Shown: one piece after another, positions 5,965 to 13,215 of the stretch | How positions within the stretch are numbered: the stretch's first letter is position 1 | Layout of the letters: each line of letters begins with the position of its first letter | DNA from: a virus | DNA length: 35,928 bases | Direction: 5' to 3' (one strand) | IMG/VR virus record: IMGVR_UViG_3300014539_000001 | Span: 1 to 35,928 of that record | The notes under the pieces: model-generated | What the model saw: only the letters and a program-made list of their open reading frames with translations | What the model was told of the DNA's origin: nothing | Databases searched by the model: none | Made by a program: the position numbers and the translations under genes

Positions 5965-6153
5965 ATGCCAACAATAAAAGAGATAAAAGCTATAGCAAAA
6001 AACAGAGCAGTAGGATTACCGAAGAAAGCTAAAAAAGCTAATATGATACATATACTGCAGGAACAAGAAGGGAATATACCTTGTTATGCAACTAAGAAAT
6101 GTAATGATGATGTATGTCTTTGGTATAAAGATTGCCAAAAAGCTATAAAATAA
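5965..6153 (+). CDS. Small SAP/Rho_N-like (helix-extension-helix) protein with a four-Cys C-terminus.
   Basis: TIKEIKAIAKNRAVGLPKKAKKANMIHIL matches the Rho-N/SAP motif. The C-terminus is CYATKKCNDDVCLWYKDC. SD GAAGGTGA. Confidence 0.6.
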   Translation: MPTIKEIKAIAKNRAVGLPKKAKKANMIHILQEQEGNIPCYATKKCNDDVCLWYKDCQKAIK

Positions 6154-6230
6154 TATCGTTTGTGAGCTGTTTAAATTTTTATTAGATATAAATATATTAA
6201 TTTAAATTTATAATGGCTTATATAGGCGAT

Positions 6231-6283
6231 AAAAAAAGTCCTTGAGAAGTGATGAACTTTGCTCAAGGACTTTCTTGTTTTTT
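6231..6283. terminator. Bidirectional terminator between convergent genes.
   Basis: AGTCCTTGAG (6237-6246) pairs with CTCAAGGACT (6262-6271). An A-run lies upstream and a T-run downstream. Confidence 0.8.
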
Positions 6284-6297
6284 ATATATTTATAAGC

Positions 6298-6573
6298 TTA
6301 TTTGGATAAGTCTTTTAATATTAATTCATTTACATAGTTATTAAAACTGCGACCTTCACTAATTGCTTTTAGTTTAGCTTGCTCATATGCAGTTGGATAA
6401 ATGGTTAGCTGTACGCGTTTAGTTAATTTTTCTTCATTTTTACTTATTACTTCACGTACATTATATTTAGCTTCAGATATTTCTTCTGTTGGAGTTGTTG
6501 TATTGTTATTTTCATTTGTATCAAAAAAGAATTCTGCAGCATTACTAAAATCTTTTTGTTCCATTAAAATCAT
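6298..6573 (-). CDS. Ribbon-helix-helix partition adaptor (ParG/omega-like), translationally coupled to parA.
   Basis: The C-terminus KRVQLTIYPTAYEQAKLKAISEGRSFNNYVNELI shows the RHH pattern. Its ATG overlaps the parA stop (ATGA). Confidence 0.65.
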   Translation of the reverse strand: MILMEQKDFSNAAEFFFDTNENNNTTTPTEEISEAKYNVREVISKNEEKLTKRVQLTIYPTAYEQAKLKAISEGRSFNNYVNELILKDLSK

Positions 6574-7334
6574 CCTTCATTTATAATTTCATTTATTAAA
6601 TTTTTATAATCTCTGCCAGCTGTAGAATAGCGAGCATAAGAAAAAATATCCATTTGTTTGGTTTGTGCTTCACGTATAGCAATACTTTCACGAATAGCTG
6701 TATTAAAAACTTTTGTTCCAATTTTTGTAGCTATATCTGTTAAACTTTTACGTAGTGATTTGCCCATCACAGTGCGGGAATTAAATCTAGTTATCAAAAT
6801 TCCCATTATTTTTAAGTTATCATTACTATTTTTTTTTACAGCATTAATAGTATCTGTGAGTAACCTAATTCCCTGGATAGCAAATATATCGGATGTAGTG
6901 GTTATTATTACATAATCGCTGGCGGTTAAAGCATTTATTGTTACTATACCCAATGCGGGTGGTGTATCAATTATTACATAATCATATATAGGTTCAAGTT
7001 TTTGCAGAATATATTTTAAGATACATTCTGCCCCTTTTTTATTTTGGAGAGTAACAAGATGTTGTGAACCAGCAATAAAATCATTGGTAATAGCTTCATT
7101 GATAGGAATTTTCCCAGTAAGTACGTCATAAATGTTGTTTTTAGACTTTGCATTTAGAGCAAATGTTAAATTACATTGTGAGTCTAAATCTAGTAATAGA
7201 ACTTTTTTAGCTTGTAAACGTAGACCACAAGCTATATTATGTGCGGTGGTTGTTTTTCCAACACCACCTTTTTGGTTTATTATGGATATTACTTGCATTA
7301 ATATCACTCCCTTGAATATATGTGGTTTATACAT
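6570..7334 (-). CDS. parA: ParA/Soj-family partition ATPase (small, type Ib-like).
   Basis: Deviant Walker A QKGGVGKTTTA, then LLLDLDSQCN and IIDTPPALG. Confidence 0.92.
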   Translation of the reverse strand: MYKPHIFKGVILMQVISIINQKGGVGKTTTAHNIACGLRLQAKKVLLLDLDSQCNLTFALNAKSKNNIYDVLTGKIPINEAITNDFIAGSQHLVTLQNKKGAECILKYILQKLEPIYDYVIIDTPPALGIVTINALTASDYVIITTTSDIFAIQGIRLLTDTINAVKKNSNDNLKIMGILITRFNSRTVMGKSLRKSLTDIATKIGTKVFNTAIRESIAIREAQTKQMDIFSYARYSTAGRDYKNLINEIINEG

Positions 7335-7344
7335 ATATTATACA

Positions 7345-7490
7345 TTATAAAAATGTAAAAATAAAGTATATTAAATGTATATATAATATTTAATAGATAT
7401 ATAATATATTATTTAAATGTATATATAACATTAAAATGATATTATTAATACATTAATTTAATATTATATAAATGTATTAAATACATTAAA
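7345..7490. promoter_or_regulatory. Iteron array upstream of parA: candidate centromere (parS-like) and par promoter region.
   Basis: AAATGTATATATAA occurs perfectly at 7373-7386 and 7415-7428 (42 bp apart). The AATGTAT core also occurs at 7448-7454 (inverted), 7470-7476 and 7480-7486 (inverted), forming the palindrome AATGTATTAAATACATT. Confidence 0.55.
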
Positions 7491-7751
7491 CAACAATATA
7501 TAGTGTTTTTATCACAAAAAATCATAGTCAATCACATTTTGTCAAAAATCCATTGAAGGTGTACAAAAAAAGTAATGTAAGAAAATGTTAGATACTATAT
7601 ATTGTGGTTTTAATATTCAAATTTTAAATTCTACTTCCTATTTTTTAGCAAATATGAAGTAGAATTTATTTTGTTGTATGGTAATGGGAATATAATATAT
7701 AATAGATACGTTGCTAACCTCCAAACTGGCAACAGGAGGGAGGTGTTCTGA

Positions 7752-7841
7752 ATGGAAAGTTTAATATTATCTTTAATGGTATCTATCGTGGCAAGTGTAA
7801 TTGCGCATTATATTTGCAAATGGATTGATGGATACAAATAG
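7752..7841 (+). CDS. Type I toxin-like hydrophobic peptide (29 aa), Fst/par-like.
   Basis: My translation: MESLILSLMVSIVASVIAHYICKWIDGYK. SD GGAGGT (7739-7744) can pair with the anti-SD ACCTCC (7717-7722). A convergent sRNA is complementary to codons 3-8. Confidence 0.65.
   Translation: MESLILSLMVSIVASVIAHYICKWIDGYK
7759..7774. repeat. Direct repeat GTTTAATATTATCTTT, copy 1 (inside the toxin ORF 5-prime end).
   Basis: 16/16 identical to 7989-8004. Confidence 0.9.
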
Positions 7842-7889
7842 CAACAATCCTGACCGCTTTAGCATTGGCGGTATATAAATTTAGTGCAA

Positions 7890-7930
7890 GAGGAACATGT
7901 TGTTGCAGCAACATGTTCCTCGTTTTTTTT
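7890..7930 (+). terminator. Toxin mRNA terminator with loop UUGCAG.
   Basis: GAGGAACATGTTG pairs with CAACATGTTCCTC (13 bp), followed by T8. Confidence 0.85.
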
Positions 7931-7932
7931 AT

Positions 7933-8008
7933 AAAAAAATACCGCGAAGTTGCAGCTTCACGGTATTTTTTGTCCTGAACGGAATTATGTTTAATATTAT
8001 CTTTTGTA
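7933..8008 (-). ncRNA. Candidate antitoxin sRNA of about 75 nt, convergent to the toxin gene.
   Basis: It starts just downstream of the extended -10 promoter 8041-8014. Its 5-prime end carries AAAGAUAAUAUUAAAC, complementary to 7759-7774. The terminator hairpin 7939-7966 has a G-U pair only in minus sense. Its loop GCUGCAAC is complementary to GUUGCAGC in the toxin terminator loop (7902-7909). Confidence 0.65.
7989..8004. repeat. Direct repeat GTTTAATATTATCTTT, copy 2 (inside the sRNA gene, read antisense).
   Basis: 16/16 identical to 7759-7774. Confidence 0.9.
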
Positions 8009-8013
8009 TTTCT

Positions 8014-8041
8014 ATTATATCATAAAAATACATATTTTCAA
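8014..8041 (-). promoter_or_regulatory. Strong minus-strand promoter with an extended -10.
   Basis: Minus-strand reading: TTGAAA (8041-8036), 16-nt spacer ending in TG-A, TATAAT (8019-8014). Confidence 0.7.
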
Positions 8042-8179
8042 ATTAATTGATAATTTTTATAGCTAAAAGACTACAAAAATACAATTTTTTTATTTGAAGT
8101 GTTATAAGGAGAGGCAATCTGAGTAATGTATTAATGTGGAGGTAATCCACATTTTAATACAGAAAGGAGGACCTCAATT

Positions 8180-8305
8180 ATGAAAGCCTTAATAATTTCA
8201 GCTATTGTGAAATTTATAGAAGCCTTATTATTGGATTTGGCAGTAAATGGAGCAATGGACTATTTAAATGAAATTCTTAGTTACCTAAATGGAATTTTAT
8301 TTTAA
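8180..8305 (+). CDS. 41-aa amphipathic peptide of unknown function.
   Basis: Strong SD AAAGGAGG sits 8 nt before the ATG. My translation: MKALIISAIVKFIEALLLDLAVNGAMDYLNEILSYLNGILF. An extended -10 TGTTATAAG lies at 8100-8108 and a 5-prime UTR hairpin at about 8128-8160. Confidence 0.45.
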   Translation: MKALIISAIVKFIEALLLDLAVNGAMDYLNEILSYLNGILF

Positions 8306-8331
8306 TATTGTTTCACGTGAAACTAAAAATT

Positions 8332-8970
8332 TCAGAAAAATCTAGCTCCATAGATGAAAAGGCAAAAACAGCTTATTACTATACTAGCTACACAAGGCAT
8401 AAAATATTTAGTTTTGTATAGACGATAGAAGAATATTAGCGTCAGTATTGGTACAAAGAAAAGTGGATAGATTATACCTAAAAGAGTAGCAGGCATTTTA
8501 TCTATAATGGCAACAGTTATAAGTGGCAAGATATTTATTATAAATCTATACTTACGTAGTTTTAGACTATAATTATACATAAGAAAAATTCCTAAAGGAT
8601 AGAATAATATAAACATAGTTAAAATAAACATATCTTCTTTGTAGAAAGTATCTTGTTTTATATTAGCAAGATGTTTTTTATGTTCTGCTTTGTGTGCATC
8701 ACCAAAAGCTGTTAACTTTTCAGCTACTATATTAGTTTGTTTATTATTTGTAGGTTCAATATTTTGTGACGCTTGTTTACTATCTAATTTTTTAGAATAA
8801 GATATGCCTGTACCAGGAATACTGGTAGTAAAACGTGTACCACTAGAGCCTATTGTAAGTTTTGCACCACGTGGTCCTATAGTGGTGCTTACTTTTTTTT
8901 TACTAATATTTAATCGAACGCCAGGAGCAACCTTAAAAGATTTATGAAATCTAAACCCCATAATATTCAC
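8332..8970 (-). CDS. DUF4236-domain protein with a multi-TM C-terminal half.
   Basis: The N-terminus GFRFHKSFKVAPGVRLNISKKKVSTTIGPRGAKLTIGSSGTRFTTSIPGTGISYS matches the DUF4236 pattern. About 4 predicted TM helices lie in the C-terminal half. Confidence 0.7.
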   Translation of the reverse strand: MNIMGFRFHKSFKVAPGVRLNISKKKVSTTIGPRGAKLTIGSSGTRFTTSIPGTGISYSKKLDSKQASQNIEPTNNKQTNIVAEKLTAFGDAHKAEHKKHLANIKQDTFYKEDMFILTMFILFYPLGIFLMYNYSLKLRKYRFIINILPLITVAIIDKMPATLLGIIYPLFFVPILTLIFFYRLYKTKYFMPCVASIVISCFCLFIYGARFF

Positions 8971-9032
8971 CAGCTTTTCATATATTTATAATATAATTAT
9001 AACATATAATTAATGTTATTTAAATGTAAAAT

Positions 9033-9073
9033 AGCTGTATAATAAACATTGTTTAAACATTTATTATACAGCT
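9033..9073 (-). terminator. Terminator hairpin after the 9079-9627 gene.
   Basis: AGCTGTATAATAAA pairs with TTTATTATACAGCT (14 bp). It is paralogous to the 9736-9778 hairpin (shared CTGTATAAT...ATTATACAG). Confidence 0.6.
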
Positions 9074-9078
9074 TTATT

Positions 9079-9627
9079 TTAAGGATTACATTTTTTACAA
9101 GGAACATAACCAGAATTCACAGCTTCATCACGACTGGCAAAAGTAACATAATTAGCAGATTTTATTTTATCTACATAACTGCAACTAGACTTATGAAATT
9201 TAGAAGTGCTGGCATTTCCAACATATGTTCTAGTAACTTGTGGTGCAGGTTCAACTGCTTCTTGTTGTACTGGAGGCGTAGAGGATGGAACTTGAGTTTG
9301 AGTTGTTACTTCTTCAGATGATGTGGATTGATTATTTGAAGATATTGACTCAGTGTTAGATGTTTCTTTTATATTAGAAGATATATCAGAGGAAGCAGTA
9401 TTTTCTTTCGTGGTAGTTGTTTCTATTGTTGGATTAGATGATGTAGTAGTTTTATTAGGATTATTGTTATCAGGTATATTTAGACAACTGATAAAGAAAA
9501 TAATTAATCCAATATAAAGAGTATTTTTCCATTTGCGTTTGCTTTTCTTTCTAATGAAGGAATATAACAATCCAAGTATAGCAATAATAATAGCTAAAAA
9601 TGAAAGTGAAAGAAATAAGAATACCAT
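9079..9627 (-). CDS. Membrane-anchored protein with a Ser/Thr-rich linker and a C-terminal Ada-like Cys-rich (zinc) domain.
   Basis: The N-terminus has two hydrophobic segments flanking IRKKSKRKW. The C-terminus YVGNASTSKFHKSSCSYVDKIKSANYVTFASRDEAVNSGYVPCKKCNP resembles the Ada N-terminal metal-binding fold. Confidence 0.65.
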   Translation of the reverse strand: MVFLFLSLSFLAIIIAILGLLYSFIRKKSKRKWKNTLYIGLIIFFISCLNIPDNNNPNKTTTSSNPTIETTTTKENTASSDISSNIKETSNTESISSNNQSTSSEEVTTQTQVPSSTPPVQQEAVEPAPQVTRTYVGNASTSKFHKSSCSYVDKIKSANYVTFASRDEAVNSGYVPCKKCNP

Positions 9628-9735
9628 GCTTTATTCTCCTTTTTTGATTATTTGTAATATGATTATATCATAATTATAAATATGTTTTTTTGATTGAAAT
9701 ATAAGTTGTGAAATATGTGTATTTTAGATGTAAAA

Positions 9736-9778
9736 AAACTGTATAATAAATATTTATATAACATAAATTATACAGTTT
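9736..9778 (-). terminator. Bidirectional-looking terminator after the 9800-10486 gene.
   Basis: AAACTGTATAAT pairs with ATTATACAGTTT, flanked by an A-run and a T-run. Confidence 0.7.
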
Positions 9779-9799
9779 TTTATTACAATATTAAATTTT

Positions 9800-10486
9800 T
9801 TATAATTTATTAAAATCTATGCCTGATTTAGAAAAAACTTCTATCAAATTAGTCGAAGCTTTTATAACTAAATCTTTAGAAGCATTTAATTTTTTTGTAG
9901 CGATTTCTATTTTTGTTTTATTTAGATTTCCACTATTGATACCATCTCTTAATGTCATGCAAGCACCACGTCTTTCTTGTGCTGCTTGTTGTAAACTCAT
10001 TACAGCGTTATCAATAGCTTGTTTTTGTTCATCATTTAAATTTTGAGGAGTTTCAATATCATTTAATTTATGGACAACATTATCCATATTGCTATAGACT
10101 AAATCAAAATTATTAGCTGCGTCCTTTGGTGATATTGTACCATTTTGTATTTGCTGAATTGTATCCAAAAATGGAGCAAATCCGTTATCAAATTCTGTAC
10201 TTACTGCATGAAATTTTTTATACCAATCTAATATAATTTTTTGTTGTTCTTCTTGTGTTAATTCTTTTGGTTGTTCAGTTTGTTCGGTAACTGCTGGTGG
10301 TGTAGATGTAGAATTAGTTTCTTTTTTCTCATCAGTTGTTGCTATAGATACGCATAAAATAATAATAGATAATACAATACCTATAGTCCATTTCTTTTTA
10401 GGTTTTTTCTTTATTGCAGAATAAATTAAACCAATGATACATACGAAAAATATTAAAATAGATAAAAGACCAAATAAAGCACTCAT
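9800..10486 (-). CDS. Membrane-anchored protein with a helical ectodomain, unknown function. Its N-terminal anchor is paralogous to that of 9079-9627.
   Basis: MSALFGLLSILIFFVCIIGLIYSAIKKKPKKKWTIGIVLSIIILCV compares with MVFLFLSLSFLAIIIAILGLLYSFIRKKSKRKWKNTLYIGLIIFFISC. Confidence 0.65.
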   Translation of the reverse strand: MSALFGLLSILIFFVCIIGLIYSAIKKKPKKKWTIGIVLSIIILCVSIATTDEKKETNSTSTPPAVTEQTEQPKELTQEEQQKIILDWYKKFHAVSTEFDNGFAPFLDTIQQIQNGTISPKDAANNFDLVYSNMDNVVHKLNDIETPQNLNDEQKQAIDNAVMSLQQAAQERRGACMTLRDGINSGNLNKTKIEIATKKLNASKDLVIKASTNLIEVFSKSGIDFNKL

Positions 10487-10649
10487 ATTGATACTCCTTT
10501 GTAAAAATTTTTGTAATATATAAATTCTATATGATATAAGTTTTTCCCTTTATTTATTAATATACATATATATATAACATATAAATAATGTTTAATATAC
10601 ATTTTATAAATGTTTTTATTATGTATATATTATGTTGTTTATACATTAA

Positions 10650-10673
10650 AAGACCACCTTTTTAGGTGGTCTT
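10650..10673 (-). terminator. Terminator downstream of the repressor gene (bidirectional shape).
   Basis: AAGACCACCT-TTTT-AGGTGGTCTT, flanked by A and T runs. Confidence 0.8.
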
Positions 10674-10703
10674 TTTAGTTAGTAGTTTTTATAAGAAGAA
10701 TAT

Positions 10704-11063
10704 TTATTTATCATCACTTATACGCTTCATAAGGTCTAGTATTAAATATTTATCTTTATTATTTAATGTTAAGAAAAGTTTAATAAACTTTGTTTCCATA
10801 TCATTTAAAGTATATTTTTTAGTAATTTCTTCTAGTGCAGTTTGTCTGTTATTTTTTTCAATTTCACCAGTACCGTGTAAAAGCCATTCTTTATTAATAT
10901 TATATTTTTCACAAATGGCATTTATAGTTCTTTCGGGTACATTTCTTTCGCCTGTTTCATATTGTCCAATAATGGTTTGTTTTAAATCAATACTTTCACC
11001 AAATTTTGCTTGACTAAGATTTTCAGATTTGCGGATTTTTTTTATTCTTTCACCAATAGTCAT
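10704..11063 (-). CDS. XRE-family HTH repressor (CI-like).
   Basis: MTIGERIKKIRKSENLSQAKFGESIDLKQTIIGQYETGERNVP is a canonical HTH_3 motif. It is transcribed divergently from the early genes. Confidence 0.85.
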   Translation of the reverse strand: MTIGERIKKIRKSENLSQAKFGESIDLKQTIIGQYETGERNVPERTINAICEKYNINKEWLLHGTGEIEKNNRQTALEEITKKYTLNDMETKFIKLFLTLNNKDKYLILDLMKRISDDK

Positions 11064-11087
11064 AGATTTTAACTCCTTTCTTATTTT

Positions 11088-11215
11088 TTGCGGTAATATT
11101 ATATTTTTTTACCGCAATTCAATGGTAACACAAAATAAACCGCAATTCAATTAAAAATGATTGTTTTATTTAATCTATTGTTGACAATATACCGCAAAGC
11201 GGTTATTCTTATAAT
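11088..11215. promoter_or_regulatory. Divergent promoter/operator region of the immunity switch.
   Basis: ACCGCAA half-sites: TTGCGGTAA (11088-11096), ACCGCAATTCAAT (11111-11123 and 11139-11151), and the palindrome ACCGCAAAGCGGT (11191-11203) between TTGACA (11181-11186) and TATTCT/TATAAT (11204-11215). A minus-strand TATAAT lies at 11103-11098. Confidence 0.6.
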
Positions 11216-11240
11216 ATAGATAAAAGGATGGTGATAAAAA

Positions 11241-11396
11241 ATGAAAGAAGAAAAATATAGAAAAAGTATAGAATTAACAGAGGAAGCGTTAAATATTCTA
11301 AAAAAAATGCCTAAAGAAAAACAGATGTATGTAATGGGTATTATAAAAGGTTTGACAATTAATAATGAAGATAAACCACAAAGCAATATTGCATAG
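11241..11396 (+). CDS. Small Cro-position protein (51 aa).
   Basis: SD AAAAGGATGGTGA. My translation: MKEEKYRKSIELTEEALNILKKMPKEKQMYVMGIIKGLTINNEDKPQSNIA. The assignment rests on position only. Confidence 0.45.
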   Translation: MKEEKYRKSIELTEEALNILKKMPKEKQMYVMGIIKGLTINNEDKPQSNIA

Positions 11397-11404
11397 TAGA
11401 AAAA

Positions 11405-11441
11405 AGCAGGTAGATAGTAGATATATTACTATTTACCTGCT
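11405..11441 (+). terminator. 15-bp stem-loop after the Cro-position gene, with no U-tract (possible regulated terminator or processing site).
   Basis: AGCAGGTAGATAGTA pairs with TACTATTTACCTGCT. The G-U wobble forms only in plus sense. Confidence 0.45.
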
Positions 11442-11567
11442 AAAACGAATCTTTATTTGATATATACCATTGACTCAGTAATATACACGATAAATAAAAA
11501 TACCCCTTTTTATATATACTTTTTGCTGGGTCTGTGGTGTATATTAATTGTTTAAAAATGAGGTGAA

Positions 11568-11792
11568 ATGATGATATATACAGACGGTAAATATATTTAT
11601 TTTGTTCGTGCTGGTCTAGGTAAAACCTATGCAGTATTTAAACAAATAGCAGGACCAATAAAAGCTGGTGGTCATAAATATCGCAGTTCTAGCAATAAAT
11701 GGCTAGAAGAAAAAGGAGCAGTACAGGACTATTTAGATAAGATAGCCGAGAAAAATGGTTGGGAAGAGTATGAGGATGGTGAAATACGATGA
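11568..11792 (+). CDS. Hypothetical early protein (74 aa).
   Basis: SD GAGGTGA. Overlaps the next ORF by ATGA coupling. No family recognised. Confidence 0.55.
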   Translation: MMIYTDGKYIYFVRAGLGKTYAVFKQIAGPIKAGGHKYRSSSNKWLEEKGAVQDYLDKIAEKNGWEEYEDGEIR

Positions 11793-12079
11793 AACGTATA
11801 ACCATGAAAGAAGCCTTTAAACTTTTGGCGGAAGGCGAAACAGTATGGATTTATAATCCAGAAATCGATGATAAAGTTTTAGAAATAAAAATAAATGATA
11901 ATGATGAAATAGTAGATGCCGACGGTCAAGCATATGATGAGATGGCATTTACTAAAGAAGATGAGTTTTATAGGAATAAAAAAATTATAAATGTGACATT
12001 AGAATACACAAATGATATTGGAGATACTAATGTTATTGAGTTAGATAGTAACCGATTAGAAACAATAAAAAAGCTTTAA
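11789..12079 (+). CDS. Hypothetical early protein (96 aa), acidic.
   Basis: ORF coupled to the upstream gene. No family recognised. Confidence 0.55.
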   Translation: MKRITMKEAFKLLAEGETVWIYNPEIDDKVLEIKINDNDEIVDADGQAYDEMAFTKEDEFYRNKKIINVTLEYTNDIGDTNVIELDSNRLETIKKL

Positions 12080-12151
12080 ATATAGATTTTAAAGCTGTAG
12101 TGGATATGTATAAATGAAGTTGTTCCGATTATTGCTTAAAAAATGATAATA

Positions 12152-12182
12152 GCCCTTAGATTATTGGTCGTAATCTAAGGGC
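12152..12182. other. Perfect 12-bp stem-loop upstream of rep. Candidate double-strand origin/nick hairpin, or a terminator.
   Basis: GCCCTTAGATTA-TTGGTCG-TAATCTAAGGGC. No adjacent T-run on the + strand. Confidence 0.3.
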
Positions 12183-12324
12183 TAAAGTGTAACCTCATAT
12201 ATTCAATTAAAATTATAAATCAGGGTTGTACTAAAGTCAAATTTTAAGCGTTCGATTGGGCGTTTTATAGACCTGCTAAAGGTATTATTTTAACAGGAAA
12301 ATATAAACCAAGGAGACGTTAAAT

Positions 12325-13215
12325 ATGGCATTAGTACAACAAATGGTATATGGTAAAAACTTCATAGATGTGTCTAGGTATCAAAGTGGACGTATTGGTA
12401 AAAAAATATTAAATGGTCCAGCGTTAGGGAAAACACCATTAAGGCAGTTGCGTTATCAAGATAAAAAATCCGAGCGTAATTGTAGATATAAACTCAATAT
12501 GAATTTTGGTGGAGGTGATTTGTTTCTAACGCTTAGTTATCCACCATATGAGTTGATTGATTTTGCTACAGCAAGAAAGAATATAAATACCTTTTTGGAT
12601 ACTGTAAGAAAAATATATAAGCGCAATGGTAAAAAACTTAAGTATATTTTTGTGGCAGGTCTAACTAAAAGAGGTATGATACATTTCCACATTGTACTTA
12701 ATAAATTTGATACTGATGTATTAACTAAAGCATGGCAAAAAATAGTAGGTACAGAAAATTTTAAGTATCCACGTGTAACCATAAGACATTTAGATTACAG
12801 CGGAGAATATAAAAAACTTGCTAGTTATTTAATAAAAAATAGTAGGGAACAGTTTTATGGTAAGGAAAAGGTGCATAAGAAACGTTTTTGTGCATCTAAA
12901 AATCTTATTATGCCATTAGTTGTAAAAAAAATACTTAAGTATAACAGATTTTGGAGAAATATACCTAAAGCTTTAACAGGTTATACAATAGATAAAAATT
13001 CTATATATGATGGTTATGGTTGGGCAGATAATGGCGGACATTATGAGTGCTGCAGAGTGCAAAGATATACCATGTATAAAACAGATTGCACTAATTGGAA
13101 CTTGTATAAAAGTAAATACCGAAAGATATTTACAGATGATGATATACCAGAAATTATTGAAGAATGGACTGAGGAAAGCCATGTTAAGAAAAGAAGCAAA
13201 AGAGGTAGTTTGTAA
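12325..13215 (+). CDS. rep: HUH-superfamily rolling-circle replication initiator (Rep).
   Basis: The three RCR motifs occur in order: LFLTLSY (motif 1), MIHFHIVLN (HUH motif 2) and LASYLIKN (catalytic Tyr motif 3). Confidence 0.75.
   Translation: MALVQQMVYGKNFIDVSRYQSGRIGKKILNGPALGKTPLRQLRYQDKKSERNCRYKLNMNFGGGDLFLTLSYPPYELIDFATARKNINTFLDTVRKIYKRNGKKLKYIFVAGLTKRGMIHFHIVLNKFDTDVLTKAWQKIVGTENFKYPRVTIRHLDYSGEYKKLASYLIKNSREQFYGKEKVHKKRFCASKNLIMPLVVKKILKYNRFWRNIPKALTGYTIDKNSIYDGYGWADNGGHYECCRVQRYTMYKTDCTNWNLYKSKYRKIFTDDDIPEIIEEWTEESHVKKRSKRGSL

Noticed and set aside
11147-11386. 79-aa minus-strand ORF across the operator region.
   Set aside because: It overlaps the operators, the promoters and the better-signalled plus-strand 51-aa ORF. 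It has no SD.
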